Source: Christensenellales bacterium (GTDB lineage Bacteria > Bacillota > Clostridia > Christensenellales > UBA3700). Taken from it: a stretch of DNA of 57,730 nucleotides. Of this stretch, positions 12,188 to 21,238 are shown piece after piece. The position numbers and the translations under genes are program-made. Position 1 is the stretch's first letter. Every line of letters starts with the position of its first letter. The stretch covers positions 1-57,730 of the forward strand of contig JBJETQ010000028.1 in the NCBI GenBank assembly GCA_051883395.1, written 5' to 3'. The notes below the pieces were generated by a model that was given only the letters and a program-made list of their open reading frames with translations, searched no databases and was not told the origin of the DNA.

Positions 12188-13972
12188 ATGGAGACCAAAA
12201 CGAGAAAAGAAATCGACAACTTATACAAATGGAAACTGGAAGACATGTATGCCACCGACGAAGATTGGGAAAGGTCATTCAGACGAATGGACGAGAATAA
12301 GCATGCTCTGGAAAAGTTTAGGGGAAAGCTCAACAACGCCGACGATATACTTGCTTATCTCAAAGAAAACGCAGAGACAGATTGCGAAATATCCAAGCTG
12401 TACGTGTATGCACGCATGCGCAAAGACCAGGACGTGAGCGTAACGAAGTATCAGGAGATGAGCGACAAGATAGAAAATCTTGCCGTGGAGCTTGGGTCGA
12501 TATATTCTTTTGTCAGAGTGGAGTTGTCAGCCAACAGCAAGGAGTTTTTGACACAGTTGTCCCAACGCCCCGAATTTGCAGATTTTGACTACGAATTGCA
12601 GGAGATTGCCAGATTTAAGGATAGAACTTTGAGCGACGCAGAAGAAAAGTTGATAGCGGACGTAAAGAGTTTTTCCGACCTGTTCCACGACGCTTTTGAA
12701 ATGTTCGATAATGCGGACATAAAATTCGAGCCTTTTGTTGACGGCAAGGGCAATACCGTCAAACTGTCGCACGGACTGTACGGCGTGTATTTGCAATCGG
12801 ACGACCGAGAAGACAGACGCAAAGCTTTTGAGAGTATGTTTGGCGCATATAAAGGAATGATAAACACTATCTCCACCCTATATTGCGGCAACGTGAAGAA
12901 AAACAACTTTTTTGCCAAAGCCAGAAAATACGACAGCGCTCTGCAAATGGCAATGGACGGAGAAAACGTAACTCCTAAGGTATATGAAAAGCTGGTGAAA
13001 TGTATAGACGACTCCTTGCCGCTGCTTCACGACTATATGAAATACCGTCGTCAGAAACTGGGTTACGACCAACTGCACATGTACGATTTGCATACCGCTA
13101 TATTCGAAAGCAAGGACGAAAATACCGACTATGCGACTGCTAAAAAAATCGTCAAAGACGGTTTGAAACCGCTGGGAAAAGAGTATGCTCAACTGTTGGA
13201 CCAAGCCTTTGACGAAGGCTGGATAGACGTGTATGAAAACAAGGGAAAGAGAAGCGGCGCTTATAGCTGGGGAAGTTATGGTTGCCACCCTTACGTTTTG
13301 CTCAATTACAACGGTACGATACACGATATTTTTACCATTGCGCATGAGCTGGGCCATGCGATGCATAGCTATTACAGCAATCTCAATCAGCCGTATAGCA
13401 AGGCAGGATATGAGATTTTTGTAGCCGAAGTCGCTTCTACCGTCAACGAAACCTTGTTGCTAAGAAGTATGCTCAAAGACGCCGATTCGCAGAACAAAAA
13501 ATATCTGCTGTCATATTTGCTGGATATGTTCCGCACTACCGTTTTCAGACAGACGCAATTTGCCGAGTTCGAAGCCAAGGCGCACGAGATGGCGGCAAAT
13601 GGAATATCGCTTACTCCGCAAAGTCTGAGCGAAACTTATTATTGTCTCAACAAAAAGTATTATGGCGAAGACGGAGTGTGTCAGGACGACCTTATAAGAT
13701 ACGAGTGGGCGAGAATACCGCATTTTTACAGAAGTTTTTACGTCTACAAGTACGCCACGGGGCTGATAAGTGCGGTTTGTATTGCCGACGACATACTCAA
13801 CAAGGGAGAAGTCGCTGTGCAGAATTACAAGAAATTTTTGAGCGCAGGCGGAAGTATGCCGCCTGTCGAGATACTCAAACTTGCAGGCGTTGACCTGACG
13901 AAAGACGACCCTTACAAAAAGGCAATGAAGATATTTGGAGATACGCTTGCTCAACTAAAAGAGAGCGACTGA
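12188..13972 (+). CDS. pepF: Oligoendopeptidase F (M3B)
   Basis: Start METKTRKEIDNLYKWKLEDMY with a GGGAG SD. Zinc motif IAHELGHAMHSYYS. Confidence 0.93.
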   Translation: METKTRKEIDNLYKWKLEDMYATDEDWERSFRRMDENKHALEKFRGKLNNADDILAYLKENAETDCEISKLYVYARMRKDQDVSVTKYQEMSDKIENLAVELGSIYSFVRVELSANSKEFLTQLSQRPEFADFDYELQEIARFKDRTLSDAEEKLIADVKSFSDLFHDAFEMFDNADIKFEPFVDGKGNTVKLSHGLYGVYLQSDDREDRRKAFESMFGAYKGMINTISTLYCGNVKKNNFFAKARKYDSALQMAMDGENVTPKVYEKLVKCIDDSLPLLHDYMKYRRQKLGYDQLHMYDLHTAIFESKDENTDYATAKKIVKDGLKPLGKEYAQLLDQAFDEGWIDVYENKGKRSGAYSWGSYGCHPYVLLNYNGTIHDIFTIAHELGHAMHSYYSNLNQPYSKAGYEIFVAEVASTVNETLLLRSMLKDADSQNKKYLLSYLLDMFRTTVFRQTQFAEFEAKAHEMAANGISLTPQSLSETYYCLNKKYYGEDGVCQDDLIRYEWARIPHFYRSFYVYKYATGLISAVCIADDILNKGEVAVQNYKKFLSAGGSMPPVEILKLAGVDLTKDDPYKKAMKIFGDTLAQLKESD

Positions 13973-14031
13973 GTATCACAGACGGGTGCAAAATGCAGAT
14001 TGATACGTCTGATAGGAAAATACAGTTGTTC

Positions 14032-14060
14032 AAGACGCACTTTGACGTGCGTCTTTTTGT
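14032..14060 (+). terminator. Intrinsic terminator of pepF
   Basis: AAGACGCAC-TTTGAC-GTGCGTCTT followed by TTTTGT. Confidence 0.85.
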
Positions 14061-14136
14061 ATGTTGTCGGGCAGCTGACAAATAGCGCTGACACGACAAA
14101 AGCAATAATATTGTATTGTCAAAGTCAAGATTTGTA

Positions 14137-14165
14137 TTGACGACGGGGCGAGAAAACTATATAAT
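14137..14165 (+). promoter_or_regulatory. Sigma-A promoter for dnaB
   Basis: TTGACG, 17 nt spacer, TATAAT. Confidence 0.55.
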
Positions 14166-14182
14166 TAAATGGCGAGGGTACT

Positions 14183-15760
14183 ATGGACGACAAGAAAAAG
14201 AGTAGAGAAGAAATAAAAGAAAGTATGAAGGTTGTGCCGCATAACGTAGAAGCGGAACAAGCCGTTTTGGGTGCGATACTGGCTGACAATGCCATTGCGA
14301 TAGATATTGTGCCTAATCTTAGCAAAGACGACTTTTATCTCGAAGCTCATCAGGAAATTTTTGATCAGATAAGAGATCTCAACAATCGTAATCTTCCTAT
14401 GGACGTAGTTACTCTTACCGAAGCGCTTACCAAGAGCGGAAAGCTAAAAAAGGTAGGCGGTATGTCCATGCTGACGCAGTTGCTGGACGCCATTCCTTCT
14501 ACCGCCAACTATGAATATTACGTAGGAATATTGAAGAACAATTCGCTTTTGCGCAGAATAATACGTAATTGTAACGAAATCGTGTACAACGCACACACTC
14601 AGGAAGACGCCGACAACGTGCTTGCCGTGGCTGAAAATCTCATATACAATATAGCTCAGTCAAAGGATAATTCGGAACTGGAACATATCGCCAGCATTAC
14701 CGTCGAAGTGTTGAAGATTCTCAGCGAAAGATACAACTCTCCCGACAAGGACAACGTGGGCGGACTGAGAGTAGGCTTTGACAACCTTGACGAGATTACG
14801 GGCGGTTTCAGAGCAGGTCAGCTCATTATTCTGGCGGCTCGTCCTGGTTGCGGTAAAACGTCGTTCTGTATGAATATGGTTGCCAACCTTGTAAGAAGTA
14901 ATCCCGAAAAGGTGATTGCGGTATTCAACTTGGAGATGAGCAAGGGCGAACTGGTGCAGAAATTGCTTTCCAATCTTGCAAAAGTAGATTCTAAACTCTT
15001 GCAGAGAGGGGAACAGGAAGCGGAACAGATGAGCAAAGTCTGGGAAGCGTCTACGCTTCTCAACGACAGCGGACTGTATATTGACGACAGCGCTCTGATT
15101 ACGGCAGAACAAATTATGTCCAAATGCAGACGACTGAAATCGCAAAAAGGCAGACTTGATTTTGTTATCGTCGACTATCTCCAACTTATGACCAGCTCCC
15201 GTCCTGAACTGAGCAAACAACAACAGGTATCGGATATGTCCCGTCTGATGAAAATAATGGCAAAAGAGTTGGGTTGTCCGGTACTGGTACTGTCGCAGAT
15301 GTCCCGTGATATCGAAAAGAGAGACGACAAGACGCCTAAACTTGCCGACCTGAGAGAATCGGGTGCAATCGAGCAGGACGCAGATATAGTATTCTTTCTC
15401 AATGAAGGTGAGTTTGAATTGTTCAACTCCACCGCCGCTCCAATAACTCTGAAAATCGCCAAGCACAGAAACGGAACTACGGGCGATATAGACTTTAAGT
15501 GGGAAAAGGCTTTGACGTGTTTTTATCCTGTATATGACGCAGTTCATATAAGCAAGGAAAGAGCGGAAGACAACAAAAGAAGCAGACAAAGTCAGATGGT
15601 ACAATCTGTTTCTGAGCAGCCAACGCAGAACTTTGACGACTATGCGCCTGTTGACGAAACGTTTGCTCCGCCTATCGAAGACGTCGACCCCGACGAACAA
15701 TTTGCCGCTTTGAAGTCAAGCGAAATGAAAACCAAACCCGACCTTTCCAATTTGGATTGA
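14183..15760 (+). CDS. dnaB: Replicative DNA helicase, with an acidic C-terminal extension of about 80 aa
   Basis: PHNVEAEQAVLGAIL at the N-terminus, Walker A ARPGCGKTSF, and LVLSQMSRDIEKR. 525 aa, against roughly 450 aa typical. Confidence 0.95.
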   Translation: MDDKKKSREEIKESMKVVPHNVEAEQAVLGAILADNAIAIDIVPNLSKDDFYLEAHQEIFDQIRDLNNRNLPMDVVTLTEALTKSGKLKKVGGMSMLTQLLDAIPSTANYEYYVGILKNNSLLRRIIRNCNEIVYNAHTQEDADNVLAVAENLIYNIAQSKDNSELEHIASITVEVLKILSERYNSPDKDNVGGLRVGFDNLDEITGGFRAGQLIILAARPGCGKTSFCMNMVANLVRSNPEKVIAVFNLEMSKGELVQKLLSNLAKVDSKLLQRGEQEAEQMSKVWEASTLLNDSGLYIDDSALITAEQIMSKCRRLKSQKGRLDFVIVDYLQLMTSSRPELSKQQQVSDMSRLMKIMAKELGCPVLVLSQMSRDIEKRDDKTPKLADLRESGAIEQDADIVFFLNEGEFELFNSTAAPITLKIAKHRNGTTGDIDFKWEKALTCFYPVYDAVHISKERAEDNKRSRQSQMVQSVSEQPTQNFDDYAPVDETFAPPIEDVDPDEQFAALKSSEMKTKPDLSNLD

Positions 15761-15767
15761 ATATAAA

Positions 15768-15794
15768 GAGCCACCGTTATAGGTGGCTTTTTTG
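15768..15794 (+). terminator. Intrinsic terminator of dnaB
   Basis: GAGCCACC-GTTAT-AGGTGGCT followed by TTTTT. Confidence 0.85.
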
Positions 15795-15880
15795 ATGGCG
15801 GGAGTGTATGCGGTCGGTATCGTAACGAAGGCTCGGAATAAACATGACGAGTGGAAAAATGCGGCTGGTAAGTTGCATTA

Positions 15881-15909
15881 TAATAAAGAAATATTTTGCG
15901 GCATAGACT
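15881..15909 (+). promoter_or_regulatory. Candidate sigma-E type (mother-cell) promoter for yqfC-yqfD
   Basis: TAATAAA, 14 nt spacer, CATAGACT. The recalled B. subtilis sigma-E consensus is (G/T)(A/C)ATA(A/T)(A/T), 14 nt, CATACA(A/C)T. The -10 element ends 5 nt before the ATG. Confidence 0.35.
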
Positions 15910-15914
15910 GTAAT

Positions 15915-16175
15915 ATGGCTTATAAAGAAGAATTGTGCGCTTTGGTATCCAAAACTTTGGGGGAAGATATTCTCAACAGAAAAATTACCGTCTATGACAA
16001 TCTTGCTCTCGTGGAAGGGCATAGCGGGATACTGACTTATAACCCCAATCTCATCAAGGTCAGAGTAAACAAAAAAGTGCTGAGCATATCGGGGAGCGAG
16101 TTGAGCGTGGTGGAATGTACTGCCAACGATATTGTCGTCAAAGGCAATATCGAGCGCTTTGAGGTGGGCAGATGA
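15915..16175 (+). CDS. yqfC: Sporulation protein YqfC (YabP/YqfC family)
   Basis: 86 aa from MAYKEELCAL. Beta-rich repeats (ITVYDNLALVEGHSGILTYNPNLIKVRV...). Its position upstream of yqfD supports the call. The track start at 15783 lies inside the dnaB terminator. Confidence 0.8.
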   Translation: MAYKEELCALVSKTLGEDILNRKITVYDNLALVEGHSGILTYNPNLIKVRVNKKVLSISGSELSVVECTANDIVVKGNIERFEVGR

Positions 16176-17308
16176 GAGAAAAACTCGTGATATGTACCGA
16201 CAGGCTCAATTGTTCTCGTCTCATCAATCAGATGAAGACGGAGAAGATTGACCTGTACGACCTGACTTTGAAGCAGGAAGAACTGACGTTTACCGTTTAC
16301 GGCAAGGACGCAGACAAATGTATCGAAGTGTTGGAGAGCAAAAAAAGGCCGTACAAAGTGGTGTCGCAAAGGCGTAAAAAATCTTGGAAAAAATTGCTGA
16401 TTGAACACCTTGTATCGGGTTTTTCGTGGATTTTGGTTATTGCTACCATTGTCGTGGCAAGCAGATTTTGCTATGCGGTGGACATCAATACCGACGATAT
16501 TGCATTGAAAAATAAAGTGGAAGCAATATTGGAAAGCGAAGGTCTGGACGGCGTATTCAGGAAGTCGGCCGTGGACGAGAAAAGTCTGACAAGGGCGATT
16601 CTTGAAGGAACGGAAAATACCGCCTACGCCGACGTGGAATGGAAAGGGTGCAGACTGGTAATATCTCTCAAACAGGCACATGAACCCATGCAGGAAATAC
16701 CTTCTTACAGCGCTATATACGCATCGTGCGACTGCGTGATAACCAAAGTGCTGACGACGAGTGGAACGGCATTGGTCAAGGAAGGCGACAGGGTGGTCAA
16801 GGGACAAAAACTCATTGACGGATACATAGATCTCAAAGACCCTGCCGACCCGGAAAACGTAAGACAACCCGTCAAGGCTCAGGGAGTTGTCTACGGCAGA
16901 GTGTGGGAGAGCAGAAGACTCAACATAGCCGACAAATATATGGAAAACGTGAGAACGGGGGAAAGTGCGTTTGTCAGCGAAATAAGTATTGCAGGAATCG
17001 AATGGAATAGCAATAAGCAGATAGAGTTTGAGCGTTATGAAAAGGAAACGACGACAAAGACCTTCGGAAATCTTTTTCCAATAAGCGTGTCGAGAACAAC
17101 GTATTATGAGATAAAGACGGTGGAAAAGACCGTGGACAGAGCTTATATCGACAATTGTATAAGCCTTGCAAAAGTGGAGATGCAGTCGGGTTTTGGCGGC
17201 GATTGGAAAATCGTAGGCAGCTGGAATTTTGAAAAAAGACTGGACAATTTATATATAATAGATATATACTATGAATTAGAAATACCCGTGTGGTATGGGG
17301 AGGAATGA
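16172..17308 (+). CDS. yqfD: Sporulation protein YqfD
   Basis: 378 aa with one TM segment after about 90 aa. ATGA overlap with yqfC and conserved position before phoH. Confidence 0.85.
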   Translation: MREKLVICTDRLNCSRLINQMKTEKIDLYDLTLKQEELTFTVYGKDADKCIEVLESKKRPYKVVSQRRKKSWKKLLIEHLVSGFSWILVIATIVVASRFCYAVDINTDDIALKNKVEAILESEGLDGVFRKSAVDEKSLTRAILEGTENTAYADVEWKGCRLVISLKQAHEPMQEIPSYSAIYASCDCVITKVLTTSGTALVKEGDRVVKGQKLIDGYIDLKDPADPENVRQPVKAQGVVYGRVWESRRLNIADKYMENVRTGESAFVSEISIAGIEWNSNKQIEFERYEKETTTKTFGNLFPISVSRTTYYEIKTVEKTVDRAYIDNCISLAKVEMQSGFGGDWKIVGSWNFEKRLDNLYIIDIYYELEIPVWYGEE

Positions 17309-18267
17309 TTATCGAAAAGACAATAGAAATTGCTGATTTGCAAGACGCTATGGCTCTGTGCGGAGTCAGAGACGAAAATCTCGATTATATGCGTGAAAAG
17401 TTTGGAATCGGCATAAGACTTTTTGGAAGCAATCTGACGTTGAGCGGAGACGAAAACGCTTGCGAGCGTGCCGCTGCGGTGATAGAATTGGTGCTGGATA
17501 AAGCCAGAAACAACAACGTCAACCGCAATCTTATAGATTTTGTTGCAGATATGATTGACAACGGAGACGGCGACAGATTTGACGAATTGACTCAACCTGT
17601 TGCCACTACGATAAAGGGCAAACCTATCAAGTGCAAGACTTACGGACAAGCTGCCTACGTCAAAGCCATCAACAACAATCCTATCGTATTCGGCGTGGGA
17701 CCTGCGGGTACCGGTAAGACTTATCTTGCGGTTGCGCTGGCGGTAATGGCTTTTAAAAATAAATCGGTTGAGAGAATTATTCTCACCCGTCCTGCCGTGG
17801 AAGCGGGAGAAAAATTGGGCTTTCTTCCGGGCGATCTGGGAGCTAAGGTGGACCCTTATCTCAGACCTTTGTACGACGCTTTGCAGGAGATGTTTGGACT
17901 GGAAACGTACAACAGACTGATGGAAAAGGGCGTGATTGAAATCGCTCCGCTGGCGTATATGAGAGGCAGAACGCTGTCAAACGCATTCATTATTCTCGAC
18001 GAAGCGCAAAACACCACGGGCGAACAGATGAAGATGTTTCTTACCCGTATGGGAGAAGGAAGTAAGATTGTCGTTACCGGCGACACCACTCAGATTGACC
18101 TGCCCAACAATAAGATAAGCGGACTGGTGGAAGCTACCGCTATTCTCAAAAATATCAAAGGAATAGCCATGGTAAACCTGACTTCCAAGGACGTGGTGAG
18201 ACACCCGTTGGTACAGGCTATTGTCAACGCTTACGAAAGAAGAACAAAAGGAGATTTGAATGACTGA
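17305..18267 (+). CDS. phoH: PhoH family ATPase
   Basis: Walker A GPAGTGKTYLAV. FIILDEAQN. ATGA overlap with the yqfD stop. GGGGAGG SD. Confidence 0.93.
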   Translation: MIIEKTIEIADLQDAMALCGVRDENLDYMREKFGIGIRLFGSNLTLSGDENACERAAAVIELVLDKARNNNVNRNLIDFVADMIDNGDGDRFDELTQPVATTIKGKPIKCKTYGQAAYVKAINNNPIVFGVGPAGTGKTYLAVALAVMAFKNKSVERIILTRPAVEAGEKLGFLPGDLGAKVDPYLRPLYDALQEMFGLETYNRLMEKGVIEIAPLAYMRGRTLSNAFIILDEAQNTTGEQMKMFLTRMGEGSKIVVTGDTTQIDLPNNKISGLVEATAILKNIKGIAMVNLTSKDVVRHPLVQAIVNAYERRTKGDLND

Positions 18268-19699
18268 TAAAAACAAACAAAGAGAAAACTGGATAAAAAC
18301 GGCTTATATCGCAGTATATATCGTCGTATCTTTGTTTACTGCCGCTATCGGTACTGCCTTGTTGCGTAAAGATATAAAGGCAATGGCGGAAGCAAAGACC
18401 GTTTTGCCTATTGCGGTGGGAATATTTGTGTGTTATCTGGCTATGATGATATACGTCAAGTATATTATCAACAAGGACAAGGATATTGAGTGTTCTTTGC
18501 TCAAAGCCAACCTTATAGTCATACCGACTATGTTTCTCAATATTCTGGCGTCGTGCGCCGTATATGCCTTCAATATGCCTTACGCTATGCCGATAGTTTT
18601 CAGCTCTCTCATAATTACTATGATGCTGAGACAGCGACTGGGAATAATGTGTACGCTGACTACGGCGGTAGGCTCGATTTTGCTGTGTTCTATGGCTACC
18701 GGCAATATAGAAGTTTACAACGTTATTGCCTTGGTTTCCGCTTCTCTTACGGGAATATTTATGATTTTCCTGATAAGACGCAGATATACAAGATTCCGTC
18801 TGACGTGGGGCACTATTCTCATAGCGATAGCTATGCTTCCGTTTACTTTTTTACTGGGGTTGGTACAAGGTATCAATTATGCAAAAGAAGCAATCGGACT
18901 GGCGCTGGAAACGTTTATCGGAAGTATGATAAGCATTGCGTCGTTTACGATAATGCTGCCTATATACGAATCGGTGTTCAGAATATGGACAGACTTCAAG
19001 TTGGCAGAGCTGTGTTCTTTTAATCAGCCTTTGCTCAAAAAGCTGAGAGAAGAAGCTTCCGGCACCTTTAATCATTCCATGATTGTTGCCAACCTTGCCG
19101 AAAATTGCGCTATCGCCATAGGAATAAATCCGTTTATGGCAAGAGCGTGCGCATATTTCCACGATATAGGCAAAATCAAAAATCCGCAATTTTTTGTGGA
19201 AAACCAGATGGACGGCTATAATCCGCATGACGAACTGATACCGGAAGTGAGCGCTAGCATGATTACCAGACACGTCGCCGACGGTACGGAAATTCTTAAA
19301 GAATACCGCATGCCTAACGAAGTCATCAAGGCGGCAGGCGAACACCACGGAGACAGCCCTGTGATGTACTTCTATCTCAAAGCCAAGGTCATCACCGAAG
19401 GCGAATTGGATATGAACGAATACAGATACGACAGCGATTTGCCTACTACGAAATACAGCGCAATCATTATGATTTGCGATGTCTGCGAAGCGGTGATAAG
19501 AAGCAAAACGCCAAACTCGGAAGAAGAACTGGACGAAGTGATTGGCGGAATTATCAGAGACAAGATGCTCGACGGTCAGTTCGACAACTGCGACTTGACC
19601 ATTCACGATATGGTTGTCATCAAGCAGACGATATGCAATATAATTCCTACGATGTTGCACAAACGTATCGACTACAACAAAGCTAAGGACAGAAGATAA
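18260..19699 (+). CDS. 7TM-HD membrane phosphohydrolase (PgpH/YqfF-like, short form)
   Basis: Multi-pass N-terminal half followed by an HD domain (FNHSMIVANLA ... AYFHDIGK ... GEHHG). 8-nt overlap with phoH. Confidence 0.85.
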   Translation: MTDKNKQRENWIKTAYIAVYIVVSLFTAAIGTALLRKDIKAMAEAKTVLPIAVGIFVCYLAMMIYVKYIINKDKDIECSLLKANLIVIPTMFLNILASCAVYAFNMPYAMPIVFSSLIITMMLRQRLGIMCTLTTAVGSILLCSMATGNIEVYNVIALVSASLTGIFMIFLIRRRYTRFRLTWGTILIAIAMLPFTFLLGLVQGINYAKEAIGLALETFIGSMISIASFTIMLPIYESVFRIWTDFKLAELCSFNQPLLKKLREEASGTFNHSMIVANLAENCAIAIGINPFMARACAYFHDIGKIKNPQFFVENQMDGYNPHDELIPEVSASMITRHVADGTEILKEYRMPNEVIKAAGEHHGDSPVMYFYLKAKVITEGELDMNEYRYDSDLPTTKYSAIIMICDVCEAVIRSKTPNSEEELDEVIGGIIRDKMLDGQFDNCDLTIHDMVVIKQTICNIIPTMLHKRIDYNKAKDRR

Positions 19700-20178
19700 T
19701 GCCGATAGAATTGTACGACGAAGTCGGCGGTAATATAGATACCGACTTAGTGAAGAAAATTTTCGATGCCACTCTTGCTCATTTTGGAATGAATGACGAC
19801 GTGGAAGTGGAAATTTGCATCGTGGACGAAGACACGATAAAAGAAGTAAACAAAAGTACCCGTGGAATAGAAAAAGTTACAGACGTATTGAGTTTTCCGA
19901 CTCTAACAGACGTTTTTCCTTTTGACAAAAACCGACATTCCGACGACATAAACCCCGACAGCGGCAGAGTGATGTTGGGAGAATTGATGCTGTGCGAAAA
20001 GCGTGCCAAGGAGCAGGCTCAGGAATATGGACACAGCGTCGAGAGAGAGTACGGATATCTCGTGTTACACGGATTGCTGCATTTGCTTGGGTTCGACCAT
20101 ATCGAAGAAAAAGACAAAGCAGAGATGAGAAGGCATGAAGAAGAAATTCTGGAAAGCCTTGGGATAGTGAGAGGTTGA
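19699..20178 (+). CDS. ybeY: rRNA maturation endoribonuclease YbeY
   Basis: HGLLHLLGFDH zinc motif. 1-nt overlap with the upstream stop. Confidence 0.93.
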   Translation: MPIELYDEVGGNIDTDLVKKIFDATLAHFGMNDDVEVEICIVDEDTIKEVNKSTRGIEKVTDVLSFPTLTDVFPFDKNRHSDDINPDSGRVMLGELMLCEKRAKEQAQEYGHSVEREYGYLVLHGLLHLLGFDHIEEKDKAEMRRHEEEILESLGIVRG

Positions 20179-20179
20179 G

Positions 20180-21070
20180 ATGAAATCAGGATTTATTTCG
20201 GTAGTGGGCAAACCCAACGTGGGCAAGTCCACGCTTATCAATACGCTGGTGGGAGAAAAGGTTTCTATCGTAAGCTGGAAACCCCAGACTACCAGAGATA
20301 AAATTATAGGTATAGCCAACGGCGACGATTATCAGGCGGTGTTTGTTGACTGTCCGGGTGTTCATACTCCAAAAAACGCTCTCAGCGAATATATGATGAA
20401 GGCTGTGGTAAGCGCTGTGGACGGAGTGGACGTGTATATTTACGTGCTAGCATGCGGCAAACAGCTTGACGATACCGATATGAAGTATATACAAAAATTC
20501 GGTAAGAGCGGTATTCCGTTTTTTATCGTAATCAACAAGTGCGACGAAGTTAAGCCGGAAGCGATAGGCATGAAAATAGAAAGCCTTAAAGACGTGCAGG
20601 GAGTAAACGCCATTTTACCAATCAGCGCTCTGACGGGCAAGAACTGCGACCTTCTGCTTGAAGAAGTCGTCAAGGTTTTGCCGCAGGGACAAGCTTATTT
20701 CGATACCGATTCCTACACCGACAAGACGCTGAGATTTATGGTTGGGGAAATAGTAAGAGAAAAGGCGTTGCGATTGCTGGGAGACGAAGTTCCTTACGGA
20801 ATATGCGTGGTTGTCAACAAATACGAACAGCGAGACGACGGACTGGTGAGTATTGACGCCGATATAATCTGCGAGAAACAGCCGCATAAAGCCATCGTTA
20901 TCGGTAAGGGCGGTAGTATGATAAAGAAAATATCCACTATGGCAAGACAGGATATAGAAAAGTTGGTGGGGGACAAGGTCTTTCTCAATTTGTTTGTCAA
21001 AGTCAAGGAAAACTGGCGAGATAGCGCCAGCCTTGTAAACTTGATGGGATACAACGCAAAAGAAATTTAA
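20180..21070 (+). CDS. era: GTPase Era
   Basis: G1 motif GKPNVGKSTLIN, DCPG, NKCD, and a C-terminal KH domain. Confidence 0.95.
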   Translation: MKSGFISVVGKPNVGKSTLINTLVGEKVSIVSWKPQTTRDKIIGIANGDDYQAVFVDCPGVHTPKNALSEYMMKAVVSAVDGVDVYIYVLACGKQLDDTDMKYIQKFGKSGIPFFIVINKCDEVKPEAIGMKIESLKDVQGVNAILPISALTGKNCDLLLEEVVKVLPQGQAYFDTDSYTDKTLRFMVGEIVREKALRLLGDEVPYGICVVVNKYEQRDDGLVSIDADIICEKQPHKAIVIGKGGSMIKKISTMARQDIEKLVGDKVFLNLFVKVKENWRDSASLVNLMGYNAKEI

Positions 21071-21135
21071 TTTTTTTTCGTTTCGACGTATATTATCCGC
21101 TATCAGGCACATAACAAAGCCAAGGGGGAGAAACT

Positions 21136-21228
21136 ATGTCGGATATAGAAGATACTTTATGGCAATTGTTTGAAAGTACTGGACAAGTAAACTATTATTT
21201 GATGTACAAAGCAATAGGCAAAAAGTAA
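21136..21228 (+). CDS. yqzL: YqzL-like small protein (30 aa), absent from the ORF track
   Basis: MSDIEDTLWQLFESTGQVNYYLMYKAIGKK. GGGGGAG SD 6 nt upstream. Sits between era and recO, where B. subtilis yqzL lies. Confidence 0.6.
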   Translation: MSDIEDTLWQLFESTGQVNYYLMYKAIGKK

Positions 21229-21238
21229 ACGGAGTAGA

